From Thermodesulfobacteriota bacterium (lineage in GTDB: Bacteria > Desulfobacterota > S145-22): a DNA stretch of 37,378 nucleotides. The notes under the pieces were generated by a model that saw only the letters and a list, made by a program, of their open reading frames with translations, ran no database searches and had not been told where the DNA came from. Position numbers and translations under genes: made by a program. Every line of letters starts with the position of its first letter. The first letter of the stretch is position 1. The DNA is taken from positions 1 through 37,378 of the forward strand of contig JANTFN010000002.1 of NCBI GenBank assembly GCA_024763435.1, written 5' to 3'. Of this stretch, positions 7,711 to 17,800 are shown one piece after another.

Positions 7711-8891
7711 CAGAACGGGGAAAACTCCTCACCCGGGATTTCCTTGTCCTGAATTTTATCATCTTTCTAACCTACTGTAATATCGCGGTATTTTTTCAGC
7801 TCCACGAGTATCTCCTGCATATCATCCACACCTCCCAGGAAGAGGCCGGATTCCTTATCGGGGTCTTTGCCCTCACGGCCCTGATCATCCGCCCCTTCAT
7901 CAGCCCATTCCTGCGGCCGGAAAATGCCCGTAAATGGATCCTTACCGGTGCGGTCGGCGTGGGCATCGCTCTCCTCTTTTATCACCTGGGCAGGGGATTT
8001 GCCGGGATGGCTGCCATTCGGATCATTCACGGGACCTTCTACGTCATCATGGCCACCGCGGTCATGGCGAGAATGGTAGCCTGTATTCCAAAGAATCGGA
8101 GCGCTGAAGCCTTCGGAATCATTTCTGTTATCACGCTTCTTCCCTATGCGGTCCTTCCTCCCCTGATCAATCCCCTCATCACCTGGTTCGGCGGTTTTCT
8201 CCCCGTCTTGGACATAACAGCCCTGTTGATGATTCCAATCCTCCCTCTGTTGGCCCTGATACGTCCTGTCGAAGAGGGAGGAGGGAAGCAAAGTGGAAGA
8301 CTTGCTGTTACCGAATTGAAGGAAAATCTTAAAAACAGACGGATAGTCGGTTTGCTCATCATTTCTCTCTTTGTTTTTACCGCCTTTACCCCTGTTTTCT
8401 ATTTTCTCAAGGGCTACGCGAGGAGTATTGGCATCCGGAATGCCGGGTGGTTTTTTACCATTTCAACTGCTGTGGAAATCCTTGTCCGGCTTATAGGGGG
8501 AAAATTTATGGACCGGGGAGACAAGCCCAGGATCCTCCTTTTTGCGCTGATTCTTCTTCTAACAGGCTATCTCATCCTCGCTCACACTTCATCACACCTT
8601 CTTTTCTATGCCCTCGCTCTTCTTTTCGGGCTGGCATGGGGTATTGCCCTGCCCATCCTGAATGGCCTTGTTTTTGACTACTCTTCTCCCAGATTGCGGC
8701 CACTCAACGCAAACCTGGGGCTTGAGATGTTTCAGGGCGGGTTTTTTCTCGGCCCTTTCCTCGGCGGAATTTTTCTGGCAACAGGGTCTTACCGCACCCT
8801 TTATTACGTTTGCGGCGGCCTGATTATTGTCGCCCTCGCCATGTTGCCCCTGCTGACCTCACCCAAAAACGTCAGGGAGGAAACGATATGA
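7707..8891 (+). CDS. MFS-type transporter (394 aa)
   Basis: About 12 hydrophobic segments. The start is at ATG 7707 (MTERGKLL), preceded by GGGAGG, and makes an ATGA overlap with the FAD subunit stop codon. Confidence 0.8.
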   Translation: MTERGKLLTRDFLVLNFIIFLTYCNIAVFFQLHEYLLHIIHTSQEEAGFLIGVFALTALIIRPFISPFLRPENARKWILTGAVGVGIALLFYHLGRGFAGMAAIRIIHGTFYVIMATAVMARMVACIPKNRSAEAFGIISVITLLPYAVLPPLINPLITWFGGFLPVLDITALLMIPILPLLALIRPVEEGGGKQSGRLAVTELKENLKNRRIVGLLIISLFVFTAFTPVFYFLKGYARSIGIRNAGWFFTISTAVEILVRLIGGKFMDRGDKPRILLFALILLLTGYLILAHTSSHLLFYALALLFGLAWGIALPILNGLVFDYSSPRLRPLNANLGLEMFQGGFFLGPFLGGIFLATGSYRTLYYVCGGLIIVALAMLPLLTSPKNVREETI

Positions 8892-9970
8892 TAATTGTCT
8901 GGACCGCAGGGATTTTCTTCATTCTCTTCATCCTTGTAGAAAGCTTTGCCCGCCTTTATCATCGTTTTCGATTCAAAATTCCCTTTCACTCGCGGGTTAT
9001 GGGGGAATATCCCTACAGCCAATTCGTGGAGCAGACTGATCCGCCGCTCTTCTACCGTTTTAAAAAGGGGTTTCGATCGCCCATGATTCATATCAACCGG
9101 TTTCGGTGCCGGGGAGAAGAACCTGCAGAAGACGGACAGAAAAAGCGGATTATGTTGATTGGTGAATCGATGTATTTCGGTGTTAAACTAAGGCATGAAA
9201 AAGAGCTTTGGTCATGCCGGCTGGAACATCTCCTTAAGGAACATGGTTATTCGAACTGGGAGGTTATCAACGCGGGGAACCCCATGTACAACAGCGTTCA
9301 GCACAGGCTTCTATGGGAACAGGACCTGTGCAGGGCAAAACCGGACATCCTCCTCATCAACATGGGGGGAAATGATGTTACCCAGGCCTGGATGATGGGT
9401 GCTCAATGGGAACCGGGCGCGCCCTGGCCCTGGAATTTTATCACGGCTTTGGAAAGAAAATCTCCCTGGTGGAACAAATTCCTTTCACGGTTCTGCTTTT
9501 ACTTTCTTCTTCGAAGAAGCATAACAGCGCGACGGCCCTTTTCCCGTCAGGACGAAATCTTCAAGTGGGAACAGTGCCTGAAAACGATTCACGAGAATTT
9601 TATATCTATCGCCGAGGATGCGGAGAAGGCAGGAGCAAAAGTGGGCTTTATCAGTTTTGCTCCTGCAAGCGACAAAGCCCCAAGGTCGGAAGACCACCCG
9701 AAACTGGAGGCGATTCAATCAAACTGGAAAACATTTGCAGAAGGAAGCTTTCCATACGTCTACCAAATGAACGATTCTTTCCGGGAGGATGTATGCCCGC
9801 AATACGGCTGCCCCTATATTGATCTGATGAAGGTTTTTCACGCCTGTCCGAACCGTTACGAACTTTTCTTTGATATCGGGCACTGGAATGCGGGGGGTAT
9901 GCGGGTCGTCTCGAACACCATTTTTGAGGAACTCGAAAACCTGAGATGGCTTGAAAGAGGAAAAAAGTAA
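8888..9970 (+). CDS. SGNH/GDSL-like hydrolase with an N-terminal membrane anchor (360 aa)
   Basis: N-terminal transmembrane segment IIVWTAGIFFILFILV. Block I LIGESM (GES in place of GDS), block III MGGNDV, block V DIGHWN (DxxH). ATGA overlap with the MFS gene. Confidence 0.7.
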   Translation: MIIVWTAGIFFILFILVESFARLYHRFRFKIPFHSRVMGEYPYSQFVEQTDPPLFYRFKKGFRSPMIHINRFRCRGEEPAEDGQKKRIMLIGESMYFGVKLRHEKELWSCRLEHLLKEHGYSNWEVINAGNPMYNSVQHRLLWEQDLCRAKPDILLINMGGNDVTQAWMMGAQWEPGAPWPWNFITALERKSPWWNKFLSRFCFYFLLRRSITARRPFSRQDEIFKWEQCLKTIHENFISIAEDAEKAGAKVGFISFAPASDKAPRSEDHPKLEAIQSNWKTFAEGSFPYVYQMNDSFREDVCPQYGCPYIDLMKVFHACPNRYELFFDIGHWNAGGMRVVSNTIFEELENLRWLERGKK

Positions 9971-10989
9971 TGGAGAAGGAAATCCAGCCCGGACAGGATG
10001 TATTGATAGACCGCTTTCGTCCGGAAGACGCGGAGGGGGTCGCTAACCTTTTTATCTCTGTTTACGGGGAGGGGTATCCCATTCGGGCCTACGTGGAGCC
10101 GGAACGTCTCAGGGAAGAAAATGCTGCCGAAACCATTATTTCGAGCGTGGCACGGACACCCCGGGGAGAGATTGTCGGTCACAATGCCCTGTTCAGGAGC
10201 GCGCCCCATGCGGGTGTCTATGAATCGGGCGCCGGCCTGGTCCATGAAAACTACCGGGGCGGAAAGGGAGTCTTCACAGAAATGGTTGCCCACGGGCAGG
10301 AACTGGCCCAAAAAACACCTGCCGTCGAAGGCATCTTCGGCGAAGCGGTCTGTAACCATGTTTTTTCCCAGAAACTGACCCATGGGTTGGGATGGAAAAG
10401 CATGGCTGTTGAGGTGGATCTCATGCCCGCCGCTGCTTATGTAAAGGAGAGGAGCGCCCGGGGACGGGTGGCTTCGATTCTTGATTTCAAGACAATTCGT
10501 CCCAGGACCGTCCGCGCCTGCCTGCCTGCCGTTTATGAAAAAGAACTGCAATTTATCTATGATGGCATGGATGATGAGAGAAATCTGGTTCCCTGCAAGG
10601 GATCCCCCCCCGATTCCGTGGAAACCCGCATTGAAAGCCGGTATTTCGAGTTTGCTAACGTGGCCCGGCTGGCCGTTTGGGAAATGGGAAAGGATTTCGC
10701 ACAGGCTTTCCCGGCCCGCGAGAAAGAGATGCTGAACCGGGGAGCAGCGATTACCCAGGTCTGGCTCAACACCGGCGTTCCCTGGTGCGGATGGGCCGTT
10801 GAAATTCTGAGAGATAAAGGGTATTTTCTGGGCGGGGTTCTTCCCCGATGGTTTGACAGTGACGGGTTGCTCATGCTCCGAATTCTACACCGTCCTTTCT
10901 GGGAAGAGATGCGGGTGCATTACGAGCGTGCCCGGAAAATCGTGGCTATCGCCAGAAATGACTGGCAGCGCCTCGGAAAAGAAACCTGA
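9970..10989 (+). CDS. GNAT-family acetyltransferase-like protein with a C-terminal extension (339 aa)
   Basis: N-terminal GNAT pattern (RFRPEDAEGVANLF ... IVGHNALF ... YRGGKGVFTEMV). The start overlaps the previous stop codon by 1 nt (TAATG). Confidence 0.7.
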   Translation: MEKEIQPGQDVLIDRFRPEDAEGVANLFISVYGEGYPIRAYVEPERLREENAAETIISSVARTPRGEIVGHNALFRSAPHAGVYESGAGLVHENYRGGKGVFTEMVAHGQELAQKTPAVEGIFGEAVCNHVFSQKLTHGLGWKSMAVEVDLMPAAAYVKERSARGRVASILDFKTIRPRTVRACLPAVYEKELQFIYDGMDDERNLVPCKGSPPDSVETRIESRYFEFANVARLAVWEMGKDFAQAFPAREKEMLNRGAAITQVWLNTGVPWCGWAVEILRDKGYFLGGVLPRWFDSDGLLMLRILHRPFWEEMRVHYERARKIVAIARNDWQRLGKET

Positions 10990-11044
10990 TTGCGCCGGGA
11001 TTTTCGGGGTGGACAGAAAAAGCCGCCTTTTACGTGGAGGTGAA

Positions 11045-11452
11045 ATGAGGCAAATTATATTGCCGGCCAGGCTGAAAAACCTTGGAGAACTTATTGGTTT
11101 CGTTTCGGCCTGTGCAGAGGATTACGGCCTTTCTCCGGAAAAGATTGGAACGATTGAACTGGCAGCGGAAGAGGCCCTTGTTAATATCATCCGCTACGCC
11201 TATCCGGAAAAGCCGGGGGAGATCGAAATATATTGTCATCAAAACGAAACGGTTTTTATGATTACCTTCAAGGACTGGGGCATTCCCTTCAACCCGCTTT
11301 CCAGGCCGGACCCGAACACGCATCTTTCCCTCGCGGAGCGGCAGATTGGCGGGATGGGAATTTTGCTGATTAAAAAAATGATTCCCGAAGTCCGGTATAA
11401 GCGGGAAAGCCGGACGAATATCCTCTCCTTTGTTATTCCGGAAGAAAAATAA
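11045..11452 (+). CDS. Anti-sigma regulatory factor-type Ser/Thr kinase (RsbW/SpoIIAB-like, 135 aa)
   Basis: Intact N-box (EEALVNIIRYA), G1 (DWGIPF) and G2 (GGMGILLIKKM). GGAGGTG precedes the ATG at 11045. The tracked start at 10853 overlaps the previous gene. Confidence 0.85.
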   Translation: MRQIILPARLKNLGELIGFVSACAEDYGLSPEKIGTIELAAEEALVNIIRYAYPEKPGEIEIYCHQNETVFMITFKDWGIPFNPLSRPDPNTHLSLAERQIGGMGILLIKKMIPEVRYKRESRTNILSFVIPEEK

Positions 11453-11463
11453 AAAGTGTCGCC

Positions 11464-13416
11464 GTGGGGAAAATGAGGTTGTCAAACAGTATTGAAAAAA
11501 GACTTGCCCTCTGGGTTATTTCGAGTGTTTCCATTATTCTTGCCTTTTCACTGGGGTACAATTACACGGTTTCCAAAAGGCTTATCACCCGGGAAATCGA
11601 GGGAAAGGCCATGGAAACCCTGCGGGCGACCATCAACCGTATGGATATCATTTTTTTTTCCATGGAAAAAGCCACAAAAACCCTGGCCATCCCAATGGAA
11701 GATCGCCGTGTTGCCTCGAATAAAGAGAATATCTTTTTTCTCCTCCAGCGGGTTGTTGCCGAAAACAGGGAAGTTTATGGGAGTACTGTGGCGTTTGAAC
11801 CCTACGCTTTTGATTCCCACCGCCGTTTTTTCGCGCCGTATTATTACAAACACGGCGGCAAGCTGAGTTTCAAGTATATTCCATACAATTACTTCGCGTG
11901 GGGCTGGTACATGATGCCCACGCTCCTCCACCGAGCCGTTTGGGTGGAGCCGTATTTTGATAAGGAAGCGGGAAATATTGTGATGTCCACCTATTCCGTT
12001 CCCCTCTACAGGGCGGATCCGGATAAGAAGGAATTTTTTGCGGTTGCCACGGTGGATGTGTCCCTCGCGTGGCTGCAGAGTATTGTTTCATCTATTAAGA
12101 TAGGGCACACGGGGTATGGTTTTCTTATTTCGAAGAAGGGAACCTTTGTGACCCATCCCGCCAGCCGTCTCGTCATGCGGAAGACTATCTTTGAAGTTGC
12201 CAGAGAAAGGGGAGACAAGGCCCTGTTGAACATCGGCCTGGAAATGATTCGGGGAAAAACCGGGTTTGTTCCCTATGCCGGCCCCTTTGTGAAGAAACCC
12301 GCCTGGTTGGCCTATGCCCCCTTGCGTTCCAACGGCTGGTCCCTCGCGATTATCTTTCCCCGGCAGGAACTTCTTGGAGATGTTCAAAAGCTGAACCGGC
12401 AGATTTTATTTATCAGCCTGCTGGGATTTTTCTTTTTGATGCTTGTCATCGCGTTGATTGCAAAAGGGATTACCCGGCCCCTGCGCTTTCTTGCCGTGGC
12501 GGCCGACCGGATTGCCACGGGTGAATGGGAAACCCCGCTCCCTCCTATTCGAAACGATGATGAAGTCGGGAAATTGACACAATCCTTTGAACACATGAAG
12601 ACCTCACTGAAAAAGTATTTCAATGACCTGAAGGAAACCACGGCGGCACGGGAAAGGATAGAAAGTGAATTAAGGATCGCGAGGGATATCCAGATGGGTC
12701 TTGTCCCCAAGGTGTTTCCGCCTTTCCCGGAAAAGAAAGAATTTGAAATCCACGCCATTCTTGAACCGGCACGTGAGGTGGGGGGCGACCTGTATGATTT
12801 TTTCTTTACCGATGAAACCCACCTTTGTTTTCTTGTGGGGGATGTTTCCGGTAAGGGGGTCCCCGCTGCGTTGTTTATGGCCATGGCCAAGACGCTGATT
12901 AAGTCGACCGCCGCAGGTAAAATCGATCCCGCCGTCATTGTCCGGATGGTAAATCGTGACCTGGCCGCGGATAACCCCTTTGTGATGTTTGTCACGCTGT
13001 TTCTCGGGATTCTCGACATCAAAACGGGGGCCCTGAGTTATTGTAATGGCGGGCATAACCCCCCGTTCCTCCGCCACTTTAATGGAGAGATTTCCCCCCT
13101 TGCGTCAACACACGGTCTCGCCCTCGGCGTTTCAGAAGACTTCACTTACACATCCAGCCAGATCGACCTCCAGCCTCGGGATGTCCTCTTCGTTTATACC
13201 GATGGTGTCACGGAAGCCATGGACCCGCTGGGGGGTCTCTTTGGTGAACAAAGGCTTCAAAACACGTTGTCTGAAATGGGGGAAATAACCGTTCAGGAAA
13301 TAAACGATACTGTCCTAAAAACGGTTTCTGATTTTGCGGATACGGCGCCCCAGGCAGATGATATCACCCTGCTTACCCTGAAATTTAATCAAAAATCTAA
13401 ATCATCGCCGATATAG
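11464..13416 (+). CDS. Membrane sensor PP2C phosphatase: Cache-like periplasmic domain, HAMP, SpoIIE/PP2C (RsbU-like, 650 aa)
   Basis: N-terminal transmembrane segment, ~280-aa extracytoplasmic region, second transmembrane segment ILFISLLGFFFLMLVIALIA, HAMP (DEVGKLTQSFEHM), and PP2C motifs GGDLYDFF, VGDVSGKG, GGHNPP, YTDGVTEA and DDITLL. The start is GTG 11464 or ATG 11473. Confidence 0.9.
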   Translation: MGKMRLSNSIEKRLALWVISSVSIILAFSLGYNYTVSKRLITREIEGKAMETLRATINRMDIIFFSMEKATKTLAIPMEDRRVASNKENIFFLLQRVVAENREVYGSTVAFEPYAFDSHRRFFAPYYYKHGGKLSFKYIPYNYFAWGWYMMPTLLHRAVWVEPYFDKEAGNIVMSTYSVPLYRADPDKKEFFAVATVDVSLAWLQSIVSSIKIGHTGYGFLISKKGTFVTHPASRLVMRKTIFEVARERGDKALLNIGLEMIRGKTGFVPYAGPFVKKPAWLAYAPLRSNGWSLAIIFPRQELLGDVQKLNRQILFISLLGFFFLMLVIALIAKGITRPLRFLAVAADRIATGEWETPLPPIRNDDEVGKLTQSFEHMKTSLKKYFNDLKETTAARERIESELRIARDIQMGLVPKVFPPFPEKKEFEIHAILEPAREVGGDLYDFFFTDETHLCFLVGDVSGKGVPAALFMAMAKTLIKSTAAGKIDPAVIVRMVNRDLAADNPFVMFVTLFLGILDIKTGALSYCNGGHNPPFLRHFNGEISPLASTHGLALGVSEDFTYTSSQIDLQPRDVLFVYTDGVTEAMDPLGGLFGEQRLQNTLSEMGEITVQEINDTVLKTVSDFADTAPQADDITLLTLKFNQKSKSSPI

Positions 13417-13476
13417 AGAAACTTGCCCTGTTTCAGGATTCTGCCCGGGCATTTTCCCTCTGAAAGGCATGGTGGT

Positions 13477-14682
13477 TTAAAGAACACGGCATAGAAGCCC
13501 CTTGAGATAACTGCCCTCGGGAAAGGCGACTCGAACGGGGTGATCCGGCCCCTGGAAAAGGCGCCGAAGGATCTGAATCTCCCGTTTGGCGTCAATCGCG
13601 GCCCAGGATACGATACGTTCAAAGGTTGCCGCGTCGATTCCACCCGAGCAGGAAAAGGTTGACAGGATTCCGCCGGGGCGCAGGAGTTTCATGGCAAGAA
13701 GGTTGATGTCCTTGTAGCCCCGGCTTGCCCGGTTCTGGTGACTTCGCGTGGGGGCAAGGCGGGGGGGGTCAAGGATAATCATGTCGAACTGCCTGCCGGC
13801 ATCCCTGAATTTCCGCAGTACCTGAAAGACGTTCCCCCGGATATTTTCACTTGGAGGCGGGGCGGGAAAATTGGCGGCAAGGTTTTTCTCCCCCAGCGAC
13901 AGGGCCTCATGGGAGGCATCAATCCGCGTGAGGGACGCGGCGCTGTGACCCGCTGTGTAAACAGAAAAACCACCGGTGTAGGAAAAGGCATCGAGGACAG
14001 TTCTCCCCTGCGCGTAAAGGGCCGTTATCCATCGGTTATCCCGCTGATCAAGGTAGAATCCCGTTTTGTGCCCACTGATTGGATTAACGAAGAATTCGTA
14101 CCCATTTTCCTGAATTGCAATGGTTTCAGGCGGTGTTACTCCCGCAAGAATACCGCAATGCGGGGAAAGCCCCTCGAGCTTCAAGATGTCGCTATCGCTC
14201 TTTTCATAGATGCCGCGGGGGGAGAGGATTTCCATCAGATGGTGGGCAATCCTGTTTTTAAGGCGTGCTATGCCGGGATTAAGGCACTGCATGATGAGGT
14301 GATCATTATAACGATCCACAATGAGCCCCGGCATGAAATCAGACTCGGAAAAGACAAGACGGCAGGCATTGGTTTTGTCGGGCAGGGTAGGGAAAACACG
14401 TAGGGAGATGGCGGTTTGAAGGGCCTTTTCCCAAAAATTGTCTTCAACGGATTCCCTGTGCCATGAAAAAAGGCGAACGGGGATGGGAGAAATCGGATTA
14501 TAAAAACCCGTTGCCAGGAGATTCCCCCCCCTGTCGGCAACACGAACAATTTCCCCAGGCTCCCCATGACCGACAACTCTCTCGACGGCACCCGACAGGA
14601 CCCAGGGATGCCGGCGTAAAACAGATTTTTCTTTCCCCTTTTTGAGAATTACCGTTATCATTACAGGTACAGTATAACACAT
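13477..14682 (-). CDS. rlmI: RlmI-like SAM-dependent rRNA (cytosine-C5) methyltransferase with a PUA-like N-terminus
   Basis: N-terminus ILKKGKEKSVLRRHPWVLSGAV resembles RlmI/YccW. Class I methyltransferase core (VLDAFSYTGGFSV, DMIILDPP). An alternative start at ATG 14661 is possible. Confidence 0.8.
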   Translation of the reverse strand: MCYTVPVMITVILKKGKEKSVLRRHPWVLSGAVERVVGHGEPGEIVRVADRGGNLLATGFYNPISPIPVRLFSWHRESVEDNFWEKALQTAISLRVFPTLPDKTNACRLVFSESDFMPGLIVDRYNDHLIMQCLNPGIARLKNRIAHHLMEILSPRGIYEKSDSDILKLEGLSPHCGILAGVTPPETIAIQENGYEFFVNPISGHKTGFYLDQRDNRWITALYAQGRTVLDAFSYTGGFSVYTAGHSAASLTRIDASHEALSLGEKNLAANFPAPPPSENIRGNVFQVLRKFRDAGRQFDMIILDPPRLAPTRSHQNRASRGYKDINLLAMKLLRPGGILSTFSCSGGIDAATFERIVSWAAIDAKREIQILRRLFQGPDHPVRVAFPEGSYLKGLLCRVL

Positions 14683-14805
14683 TTTTGTCCCCGCCGCCTG
14701 TTGCGCTTAAACCACGGTGGAGACAAAACAGGACTCTTTCGGAAATTTCTGTTTTTTATAAAGATGCGCTGATTTCAGAATTTTACGCCGCCCTGATTTC
14801 TTGGT

Positions 14806-17800
14806 TTACACCTTTTTTTCTCCATCAGAGGCGTGATGCAGGTGCTTGTTCGTAATGAAGTAGAGGATAGGAACGGCCATGCGCGACAGGAGCAGCGAGG
14901 CAACCTCGCCGGCCATGAGCGCGATGGCAAGCCCTTTAAAAATAGGGTCCAGCAGGATGACGGCACCGGTAATAATAACGGCCATCGCCGTTAAAACCAT
15001 GGGGCGGAACCTCACGGCCCCGGCATCGACAACGGCCTCATCGAGGGGCATTCCCTCACGGAGCCGGAGTTCAATGAAGTCTACAAGGATAATGGAGTTT
15101 CGGACCACAATGCCGGCCCCGGCGATAAATCCAATCATGGATGTGGCGGTGAAAAAAGCGCCCATAACCCAGTGCCCGGGGATAATTCCAATAAGCGAAA
15201 AGGGAATGGCGGACATAATGATGAGCGGGGTGAGATAGGAACGAAACCAGCCGACGACGAGAAGATAAATAAGAATCATGACGGCGGCAAAAGCGATGCC
15301 GAGGTCACGAAAAACCTCATAGGTAATTTGCCACTCGCCGTCCCATTTCATAGAAAACTTCTTCGCGGAAAAAGGTAAGTGGGAGCTGTATTGGGTAATT
15401 TCATACCCTTCGGGGATTTTTATTTTTGATATTTTCTTCCCCATTTTCAGGATGGCATAAACAGGGGATTCCTCCCGACCGGCAACATCTCCAAAGACAT
15501 AAACGACCGGCATCAGATTTTTATGGTAGATACTTTTGTCGATGATGGTTTTTTTAACATGGGTCAGTTCCTTCAGGGGAATCAACATACCCGCCCGGTT
15601 TTGTATTCGGAGGGCCTGAATATCCCGCAAGGCGGAGCGCTTGGCGCGGGGAACCCTCAAAAGGACAGCAACATTCTCTTTTTCCTTCGGGTCATGCAGC
15701 AGTCCCACAGGCATACCTCTGACCACGGTGCGAACCAGCTGGGCAATTTGTGCGGTAGTAATGCCGTTCAGTGTGGCCTTTTCCTTATCCACGATGAGAT
15801 TCCATTTTGGTTGATTGGCCTCCACAGTCCAGTCTACGTCCACGACGTCTTTCGTGGTTTCAAATATTTTTTTGATTTTATGGGCCAGCGCTATCTGGCG
15901 GGGATAATCGGGGCCATAAATTTCAGCAACCAGAGTTTCCATGACAGGGGGGCCGGGTGGCACCTCGGCCACTTTAACGGAGGCCCCGTATTTTCTGGCG
16001 ATCTGGTCAATTTTCGGACGCACCTCTTTGGCGATATCATGGCTTTGAATCCATCGTTTATGTTTGTTGATGAGATTGACCTGAAGATCGGCTACATTGG
16101 CGCCCCGGCGCAGAAAATAATGCCGCACAAGCCCCTGAAAATTAAAGGGAGAGGCAGTCCCCGTATAGGTTTGGATATTGACAACCTGCGGAATAGTCTG
16201 GAGGTATTCGGCAATTTCTCTTGTCACGCGGGCTGTCTTTTCCAGAGGCGTGCCCTCATCCATATCAACAATAACCTGGAACTCGTTCTTGTTGTCAAAG
16301 GGCAACATCTTAACCATAACACTTTTAAACCCAAACATGGAAAAGGCTGCGAGCAGCAGCACAACAATTCCGATCAGAAACCCCCATCGCCAGAGCGTGT
16401 GGTGAATCAGGGGCCCCATGACTTTTCGATAAAGCCGTGTCAGGGCCGATTCCTTCTCTTCCTGCTGTTCCTGTTTGCCTTTCAGAAGACGAAGAGAGGC
16501 CCAGGGGGTGACCACGAAAGCGACCCCGAGGGAAAAGAGCATGGCGAAGCTGGAGCCAATGGGGATGGGGCGCATATAGGGACCCATTAATCCACCGACA
16601 AACGCCATGGGGAGAACCGCCGCGATTACGGTAAAGGTTGCGATAATCGTTGGATTTCCCACCTCGTCCACGGCCTCCACGGCGATATCCGCCAAAGGTC
16701 TGCCCCTGTTTTCCGGCAGGTGATAATGTCGTATAATATTTTCCGCCACCACGATGGCGTCATCCACAAGGATGGCGATACAAAAGATGAGGGCGAAGAG
16801 GGTAATTCGATTAAGCGTATAACCATAGAAATAATAGACGGCAAGGGTAAGGGACAAGGTGGAAGGAATTGCCAGGGCAACGACACCCGCGACACGAAGA
16901 CCCAGCATAAACCAGATAAGCAGACTTACCCCGAAAACGGCCAGTGCCATGTGAAAGAGCAATTCATTTGATTTATCTTCAGAGGTTTCACCGTAATCCC
17001 TTGTCATCGTGACAGTAACATCCGAAGGGATAATCGTTCCCTTCAAAAGATCAACCTTTTTCGCTATCTTACGCACAATAGAAATAGCATTGGCGCCCTT
17101 TCGCTTCGCGATTGAAAGGGTAATGGCTGGTTCCTGAGGTTTCCCTGAAGTGAGGTAATAAACATAACTGACCGGCTCTTCCGGCCCGTCTTCAATGCGC
17201 GCCACATTCTTCAACGTGACAGGTCTTCCACGGAAGGCACCAACCACAAGCCTTTCAATATCTTCCCTGCTTGCAAGAAAATTACCAGTTTCAACAACCA
17301 CCTCTTGATTGAGGCGATCAAGTGTTCCTGATGGCATTTGCTGGTTAGCCCCTTTCAGCATCTGCATGATTCTGAGGGGATCCAGGTGATAAGCATCAAG
17401 TTTCGCGGGATCCAGTTGAACGCGGATTTGTCGCCGCTGTCCGCCAATGAGCGTGGTTTCAGAAACGTCCGGAATGCGCTTGACGGCCTCCTCAACCTGA
17501 GCGGCGATACGGCGCAGGGTAAAGGCCGTATACCGGTTGCTGTGAAGAGTCAGCGCGCAGACAGGGACATCGTAAATGGTTCTTGGCCGAATCAGGGGTG
17601 GCGAGCAGCCTGGAGGGATAATATCGAAGTGTTCATAGAGTTTCTGGTTGAGGCGGACAATGCTTTTTTCCTCGTCCTGCCCTACATAAAATCGGACAAT
17701 CACCATGGACATACCGGCCTTTGAGGTGCTGTAAACATATTCAACCCCGGGAATTTCCCATAAAAGACGTTCCATGGGGCTGGTAACCCTGTTTTCTACC

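Noticed and set aside
13417-13476. Possible terminators between the convergent PP2C and rlmI-like genes (gaaac-ttgccct-gtttc; tgcccgggca followed by tttt)
   Set aside because: The stems are only 3-5 bp and the T-tracts are marginal, so they are too weak to call.
13738-16590. Plus-strand ORFs 13738-14403 (221 aa) and 15523-16590 (355 aa)
   Set aside because: They are antisense to the rlmI-like and RND genes, which have clear family signatures. I recognised no motifs in them.
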